64,000 nucleotides of DNA from an uncultured delta proteobacterium. Its GTDB lineage: Bacteria > Myxococcota_A > Polyangia > Polyangiales > Houyiibacteriaceae. The stretch's first letter is position 1, and each line of letters opens with the position of its first letter. The notes below the pieces were generated by a model. The model ran no database searches and was not told where the DNA came from. It worked only from the letters and a program-made list of their open reading frames with translations. Shown piece by piece: positions 58,759-64,000 of the stretch. Position numbers and translations under genes: made by a program. Location of the stretch: NCBI GenBank assembly GCA_963699755.1, contig CAVOVB010000001.1, positions 1,088,001 to 1,152,000 on the forward strand, read 5' to 3'.

Positions 58759-59396
58759 CGCATGATCCGTGGGGTTCCGGTCCCGGCGGGAATCAGGACT
58801 TTACGCACGACGCCGACCACATCCGTCCCGACCCTGCGGTAGACAAGGAAGCCAAACCCGGCCCTTTCAGGGTCGGTTTGCCAATTCGAGTGGAGGACCG
58901 AGTCGATGAAGACCTGGTTGTTCGAGCCAGCCTCGTAGCAAAACGTCGCGAAGTTGTGTCCGTCGACGCGAATGACGTCGTTGTCGCCCGGATCTGGGTC
59001 GTAGGTGTCCGGATAAAGGTTGTCGACGCAGCGCCAGTTGTCGGCGCACTTCATCTCTTCGAGCTCCGGGCCGCCGGCGATTTTGAAGCTGGTCAGCGCG
59101 CAACCCGCGCTGCTGCCGCGCAGGGTTTCGAAGGCGTACGGGTTCGAGCCGGCCAGAGCGGTGCCCCCGTCGTTTTGGTAGACGACCTGGTGCGCGCGGC
59201 CGAAGGCCATCGACATGTACCGGGCGCGCTGAAAGAGCGACACCACTTCCCGAGCCACCATCGCGACGCGCCGGTCCGCGAAGCTGTCGCCGATGTTGGG
59301 CATGGCGGCGCTGACGAGCACACCCATGACCGCCAAGACGACCATCAGCTCCAGCAGCGTCAGCCCCTCGCGCCCTTTTCTAGAATTCCCAGCCAC
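58755..59396 (-). CDS. fimU: FimU/FimT-like minor pilin
   Basis: G-LTLLELMVVLAV...AAMP; QRAR; start placed at GTG 59396 (ORF-track ATG 59420 lies inside the predicted promoter). Confidence 0.75.
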   Translation of the reverse strand: MAGNSRKGREGLTLLELMVVLAVMGVLVSAAMPNIGDSFADRRVAMVAREVVSLFQRARYMSMAFGRAHQVVYQNDGGTALAGSNPYAFETLRGSSAGCALTSFKIAGGPELEEMKCADNWRCVDNLYPDTYDPDPGDNDVIRVDGHNFATFCYEAGSNNQVFIDSVLHSNWQTDPERAGFGFLVYRRVGTDVVGVVRKVLIPAGTGTPRIMR

Positions 59397-59408
59397 GTCC
59401 GTTCTAGA

Positions 59409-59424
59409 TGCAACTCCCATACCG
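59409..59424 (-). promoter_or_regulatory. Sigma-54 (-24/-12) promoter of the minor-pilin operon
   Basis: Minus strand CGGTATG-GGAG-TTGCA; exact GG-N10-GC; AT-rich tract upstream. Confidence 0.6.
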
Positions 59425-59595
59425 AAGTCGGAACCCCACTAACTATCTGAAATCAAAGAAAACCATTCAAGCCACAACAGCTGGCACCTATAAACAACAT
59501 GCGGACTCTATGAAAAAATTGCAGGCTCAGGGCACTCATTCCAGCCACGGCGCGCGACGCGCCTCTTCGAGGACTCGCCTGTGCTGCAATAGGGA

Positions 59596-59613
59596 GGCCC
59601 CTCAGAAGGGGCC
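59596..59613 (-). terminator. Hairpin downstream of tRNA-Leu (possible terminator)
   Basis: GGCCCCT-CAGA-AGGGGCC perfect 7-bp stem; no clear U tract. Confidence 0.35.
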
Positions 59614-59674
59614 GAGCCCACCGTCGGTTCGATGTCCTCGTAGATACAGGGGTCGACGTTTATAGAGGACCGGG

Positions 59675-59758
59675 TGCGGAAGAGAGGACTCGAACCTCCA
59701 CGTCCTTGCGGACACATGAACCTGAATCATGCGCGTCTGCCAATTCCGCCACTTCCGC
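59675..59758 (-). tRNA. tRNA-Leu (CAG); CCA not fully encoded (followed by CCC)
   Basis: GCGGAAGTGGCGGAATTGGCAGACGCG CATGA TTCAGGT TCATG, long variable arm, GGAGG TTCGAGT CCTCT CTTCCGC A. Confidence 0.95.
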
Positions 59759-59805
59759 TGAAGAGAGGGCGGGATACTGGTTGGGTCCTAGCCTGTCAAG
59801 GCAGG

Positions 59806-60066
59806 TCAGGCGGCGAACGACTGCCGAGAGAGCTTTTGGGCCCCGTGCATCGACACCGCGAGTACCAGGCCCTCCATCGTCAGTCGGCAACGCGCCTCGT
59901 CGACCAGGCCCTGCGCCTCGAGCCGCTGCAAGAGCCTCTGAACGCGGGTCTCGGGAACATCGAGCCAGGTCGCCAGCACTTCGGGCGTCGCCTCGAGGTC
60001 GGCTCGGCCGAGCTCATACAGCGTCTCGAGCAGGCGCCAGGCCAGTTTTTCTTCGTGATTTGCCAT
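59806..60066 (-). CDS. Small stand-alone winged helix-turn-helix protein
   Basis: LETLYEL...LATWLDV...VQRLLQRLEAQGLVD...RLT.EG (DtxR/MarR-like wHTH pattern). Confidence 0.75.
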   Translation of the reverse strand: MANHEEKLAWRLLETLYELGRADLEATPEVLATWLDVPETRVQRLLQRLEAQGLVDEARCRLTMEGLVLAVSMHGAQKLSRQSFAA

Positions 60067-60089
60067 CAGATCAAGAGCATCGCCTGATA

Positions 60090-60106
60090 CTGAAAATCAG
60101 TCCAGT
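60090..60106. promoter_or_regulatory. Myxococcus-type LexA-like box upstream of the wHTH gene
   Basis: CTGAAAATCAGTCCAGT matches 14/17 of CTRHAMRYBYGTTCAGS; extra GTTCAG half-site at 60114-60119. Confidence 0.55.
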
Positions 60107-60164
60107 TTTTGGTGTTCAGTGCGTCCGTAACCTACAAGCTCGTGAATTCTAACCCCTTTTCGGA

Positions 60165-62774
60165 TCAGATCTCAAGCTCGATCAGGAGGAACTTGTTGGA
60201 GTCCCGCTTGCTCGACAGCTCCCGAATCTCCCGCCCGGGCACCAGTTTCCGAAAGCGCGCCAGCCTCGCGTGCTCGAGCAGGAAAAACACGGTTCGGCCT
60301 TCGTTCTCTTCGAGCCATTCACGAATCCGTTTGTTGTCGGTTTCGGCAAAGACGTAGACACGATTGCCGGTATAGAAGTTCTCGCCCTTCCAGTTCATCT
60401 GCCAGGCGACCAGTGGCTCGTCCGGGCTTCGACGAAGCTCGTAGTAGCGCTGCGCCAGATCGCGCATCCCCCAATGTTGGGAGAGGTCGACCATGTAGAC
60501 GTTCAAGCCCCAGGCACAGAAGACCAGCGCCACAGCAAGCAGCGCGCGTATGGCGACAGGGCGCCAATAGCGAAACGCGGCTCCGGCGGAGATAAGGCCC
60601 ACTGCCACCGCAAAGCCTGTGAGGATGGCGCGGTAGTCCAGGTGCTCGGGCCAGAGCCGCTCGTACTTGTAGATGAACAAATGGATCAGCCGTTCGTTTC
60701 CCTGCGGCCGCGCCGAGGTCGCCCAGCTCAGATCGCGTCCGACGAATGTGACGAGGCAGGCTCCTAGAACCAGGGCAACGCCGAGGCCGACGCTCCAGCG
60801 TGGAGGCGATAGCTTCGTTTCGGCGCGTGCGAGATCCCAGCGCGCAACACCGGCGAGCGCGGCGCTAAGAACCAAGATCGCGCCGGCCTTCCATGGTTGG
60901 CCTTGCCGGAGCACCCAGTCTTCGACTGGAGCGGTGCCGGCGGGGACGACGCCTCGCGGATCTCCGGCGAGCCAGGCAAAGCCCAGAACCGCGCATGAAC
61001 CTGCCGCCGCTGCGAGCAGGGTCGCCCTTGGTCTCTTCGGGCCCCAGCACTGATCGAGAGTGATGCCGACGAGGATCCCTGCCGGCACGATGGCGGGGAG
61101 AATGTAGTGGTGAAATTTGGTCACCATCGCGCTGAAGAGGACGAACGAAGAAAGGAGCCACATTGCAAGGAGTAGGAGCGTTTCGCCTCGGGCATCACGC
61201 TCCGAGCGCGAACGCATCCAAATGCCGACCATGAGCGCGGCCGGGAGCAAGGCGATCCAGGGGAAGGTGGCGTAGCCGATCTGGCCCAAGAAGTACGCGA
61301 CCGTTCCTTGGTCGCCGTGCACTCCCGTGGTCAGCCGGTTGATGTGGTCGTGGACCAGCAGCCGGTTGGTGAACGCCGGGCCGTGCCGAACGTACATCGC
61401 CAGGTACCAGGGCATGCTGACCACGGTCACGATCAGAACGCCCGTCGATACGTTGAGCGCGCCGCTACAGAGCAGCGACCAACGGCGCGAGGCGAGCAGG
61501 TAGAAGAGGGCCATCAGTCCCGGAATTGCGATTCCGGGCAAGCCCTTGGTCATGAAGGCGATCGCGGTGAAGAAGTAGAACGCGTACATCAAGAGCGGCC
61601 CAAGGCGCCGCTCTCGCCGGACGATCAGCGCGATCCCAGCGAGTAGCGCAAGCCAGAGGGCGCCTTGGAGGAACGGTTGACCCGCAAGACCGCCGAAGGC
61701 TGGAGTCTGGTCATGCGGGCTTGGGTTCCCGGGGACGTCGACGTTGCCCGCTGAGCCATAGAGGAATCGGTCGATGTGCGCGACGAGACCATGGCCCTCG
61801 ATCCAGGAGAGGTTGCGAGAGATCAAGTACAGCGCTTGCGGAAGAACGAGCACGAAGATCGCGAAGAGGATCAGGTGCTGCAATGAGACCTTCCGCCGCC
61901 CGAGCTGAAACGTCGGCGCTTCGCGTTTCGGATCTTCTTCGATGGCGAGGAGCAAGCAGCAGGCCGCGATCGTGATGGCGGCGACCAGTGGCAGGTCGGT
62001 GATCGCCTGGTGCGAAACGAAGAAGAACTGCGGCATGGTCGCGGTGACCAGGGTGGCCAGGACGCCGGCTCGCGGACCGAAGGAGCGCCGAACGGTCGCA
62101 TAGATCGCCGCGAGCGCCGCCAGCGCCATCAGCAGGGCAGGCAGGCGGAGAGCCCATTCTGGGTGGGCAGGATTGGCGTCTGGCATGAAATCCACGCCGA
62201 GCAAGCCCATGCTGAGCGCTTCCATCCAAAAGAGCAGGACGGGTTTCGACCAGAACCACTTGTCCTGCGCCCACCACAAGCTGATCCAGTCGTTTCGTGC
62301 GAGGATCTCTCGCGCGACTTCTCCGTAATGGGTCTCCCAGGGGTCCCAGAGCCCCGTCGTACCAAGCAGGGGTAGGTAGATCGCGCAGATCGCGATCATC
62401 ACGAAAAGGCCGGGCCGCTGAAGGCTCGGAGGCACGAAGCAAAGCAGGGCGAGCACAATCGTGATCGGCAGCGACTCATATCCTCCGATCGTCGCTCCGG
62501 CGATCAGGACCGCCAGCGCCAGGCCCGCCCACGCCAGCGGAGAGACCCGCTCGCCCGGCCGCTTGCCCAAGCTGGTCTCGCGCCACGGGATCGCCTCGCC
62601 CGCCGGAGTCGGAACCAGCCAGGCGACCCAGGCCGTCGTCGCGAGCAGGGCGATCAGCGCACCCCAGAGCGGGCCAAATGCAAACGGCTCGCGGTTGGCC
62701 ATCCAAAGAACGATGCCGACCGTTGCAGTCAGCGCGGTGAGCAAGCTGGCCAGGTTCTTTGGCTGCCGATTCAT
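60165..62774 (-). CDS. ArnT/PMT-like (GT-C fold) integral membrane glycosyltransferase
   Basis: LWDPWETHYGEVAREI, SKPVL, RLP, MTKG, PWY, TKFHHYILP; many TM helices. Confidence 0.88.
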   Translation of the reverse strand: MNRQPKNLASLLTALTATVGIVLWMANREPFAFGPLWGALIALLATTAWVAWLVPTPAGEAIPWRETSLGKRPGERVSPLAWAGLALAVLIAGATIGGYESLPITIVLALLCFVPPSLQRPGLFVMIAICAIYLPLLGTTGLWDPWETHYGEVAREILARNDWISLWWAQDKWFWSKPVLLFWMEALSMGLLGVDFMPDANPAHPEWALRLPALLMALAALAAIYATVRRSFGPRAGVLATLVTATMPQFFFVSHQAITDLPLVAAITIAACCLLLAIEEDPKREAPTFQLGRRKVSLQHLILFAIFVLVLPQALYLISRNLSWIEGHGLVAHIDRFLYGSAGNVDVPGNPSPHDQTPAFGGLAGQPFLQGALWLALLAGIALIVRRERRLGPLLMYAFYFFTAIAFMTKGLPGIAIPGLMALFYLLASRRWSLLCSGALNVSTGVLIVTVVSMPWYLAMYVRHGPAFTNRLLVHDHINRLTTGVHGDQGTVAYFLGQIGYATFPWIALLPAALMVGIWMRSRSERDARGETLLLLAMWLLSSFVLFSAMVTKFHHYILPAIVPAGILVGITLDQCWGPKRPRATLLAAAAGSCAVLGFAWLAGDPRGVVPAGTAPVEDWVLRQGQPWKAGAILVLSAALAGVARWDLARAETKLSPPRWSVGLGVALVLGACLVTFVGRDLSWATSARPQGNERLIHLFIYKYERLWPEHLDYRAILTGFAVAVGLISAGAAFRYWRPVAIRALLAVALVFCAWGLNVYMVDLSQHWGMRDLAQRYYELRRSPDEPLVAWQMNWKGENFYTGNRVYVFAETDNKRIREWLEENEGRTVFFLLEHARLARFRKLVPGREIRELSSKRDSNKFLLIELEI

Positions 62775-63166
62775 TCTGACCGCGGGCTCTTGCCTTTCAG
62801 ATCGAAGAGGGTGAGCCCAGCTGCTGGGACGAGAAGCTTCCGCTTGCGCTCGATCCCCCGTCCGTCGGACGAACGGAGGACGATCCGAGCCTCATACTCC
62901 CCGGGCTGAAGGCGCACCGTATGGCGAATGACCTTGCTTTTCGCATCCGACGGCTTGAATCTGACGCTTGCCACCGCGTCTCCTTCCTGAAGGTAGTCCA
63001 CGTCGATCTCGGCCACGTCGGGGTCGACGGCATAGGCGACCTCCAGGTCTCGAGGCCAGATGCTCGCCAGGTGGTTCCCAATGACAATCGCACCAATTAT
63101 GGCGATCACAGTCGCAATCCTCCGCTTCGTTGACGATGGCCCTATGTTTGTCCTGAAGTCCCACAT
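62771..63166 (-). CDS. Hypothetical single-TM protein
   Basis: ATGA coupling to the glycosyltransferase; TM segment IATVIAIIGAIVIG; start uncertain. Confidence 0.55.
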   Translation of the reverse strand: MWDFRTNIGPSSTKRRIATVIAIIGAIVIGNHLASIWPRDLEVAYAVDPDVAEIDVDYLQEGDAVASVRFKPSDAKSKVIRHTVRLQPGEYEARIVLRSSDGRGIERKRKLLVPAAGLTLFDLKGKSPRSE

Positions 63167-63260
63167 GCAGCACGCCCCAACCCAAACCCGCAGAAGCGCC
63201 ACAACCTTGGCACCAAATAGAGACGGTGTTAAATTGAGGATTGTTTCTTAGTGCGTCGTT

Positions 63261-64000
63261 ATGGTCCGCCTCACCAATATTCTTGAAAAGGTGAAGGGAT
63301 ACCATCCCCGAGCGGACACCGATCTGATCAACAAGGCCTACGTTTATGCCTCGCGCATGCACGATGGGCAGATGCGCAAGTCGGGGGACGAGTACTTCAT
63401 CCATCCGGTCTCGGTCGCGGACATCATCGCCGACATGCGCTTGGATGCTTCGAGCGTCTGCGCCGCCTTGCTGCACGACGTCGTCGAAGATTGCGAAGTC
63501 AGCCTTCCCGAGGTCGAGACGGTCTTCGGCGAAGAGGTCGCTTTCTTGGTCGATGGGGTGACCAAGCTCGGAAAGGTGAACTTCGCGTCGCGTGAAGACC
63601 GCCAAGCCGAGAGCTTCCGCAAGATGCTCGTCGCGATGGCCCGCGACATTCGCGTGCTCTTGGTGAAGCTCGCCGACCGGCTCGACAACATGCGCACGCT
63701 CGAGCACATGTCACCGTCTTCGCAGGAGCGCATCGCCCGGGAGACGATCGAGATCTATGCGCCGCTCGCTGGTCGCTTGGGGATTCAATGGCTCAAGGCC
63801 GAGCTCGAAGACTTGAGCTTCAAGCATCTCGAGCCAGAGGCCTACGCCCTCTTGGACGAGCAGGTTCGGACGGTCGCCAAGAACACCGACCACTACATCA
63901 ACGACGTCACCACCAAGCTCAAGAAGATGCTGCTCACCCGCGGCTTCTCCGTGAACGTGAGCGGGCGCCGCAAGCATCTCTATTCCCTGCACCGCAAGAT
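63261..64000 (+). CDS. relA: Bifunctional (p)ppGpp synthetase/hydrolase, 5' part (runs off window end)
   Basis: Not in ORF track. Manual translation MVRLTNILEKV...HDGQMRKSGDEYFIHP...ALLHDVVED...VDGVTKL...VKLADRLDNMRTL...YAPLA.RLG; intact HD motif. Confidence 0.95.
   Translation, partial: MVRLTNILEKVKGYHPRADTDLINKAYVYASRMHDGQMRKSGDEYFIHPVSVADIIADMRLDASSVCAALLHDVVEDCEVSLPEVETVFGEEVAFLVDGVTKLGKVNFASREDRQAESFRKMLVAMARDIRVLLVKLADRLDNMRTLEHMSPSSQERIARETIEIYAPLAGRLGIQWLKAELEDLSFKHLEPEAYALLDEQVRTVAKNTDHYINDVTTKLKKMLLTRGFSVNVSGRRKHLYSLHRK

Noticed and set aside
52594..59758. Pilin cluster as an island integrated at tRNA-Leu
   Set aside because: No integrase and no duplicated tRNA 3' end found in the window; coding composition looks like the flanks.
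62892..63992. Minus-strand ORFs at the right end
   Set aside because: Antisense to the clear relA/spoT frame starting at 63261.
1..64000. CRISPR array, transposase, prophage or known defence system
   Set aside because: No regularly spaced repeats and no recognisable mobile-element or defence genes found.

Overview
GC-rich, densely packed bacterial core chromosome. Gene content suggests Myxococcota, probably Polyangiales-like (inference from the sigma-54 activators, FHA proteins, Ser/Thr kinase, Cys-rich lipoproteins, PilY1 cluster and Myxococcus-type LexA boxes). It holds about 55 CDSs and two tRNAs (Met-CAT, Leu-CAG). Housekeeping genes include fabI, nrdJ, dapF, yebC-ruvCAB, gltX, lnt, bioA, ftsK and relA/spoT (partial). 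There is also a two-component/c-di-GMP cluster, a DUF3604-PpiC-HupE/UreJ operon, an M16B peptidase pair, a type IVa minor-pilin/PilY1 operon and several uncharacterised lipoprotein operons. No integrase, transposase, prophage or CRISPR array was seen. The most interesting signals are regulatory or unannotated: (1) an FHA-GAF sigma-54 activator followed by tandem TGACA/TGTCA palindromes and a sigma-54 promoter ahead of two unknown lipoproteins; (2) a small orphan winged-helix gene with a LexA-like box matching the one upstream of ruvA; (3) an RHH-FHA/lipoprotein operon divergent from ftsK; (4) a 23-aa hydrophobic sORF with a strong RBS; (5) a probable CTG start codon; (6) many apparently leaderless genes; (7) a kinase gene whose stop codon lies inside an antisense tRNA. 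All calls come from reading motifs by eye; no database searches were run.
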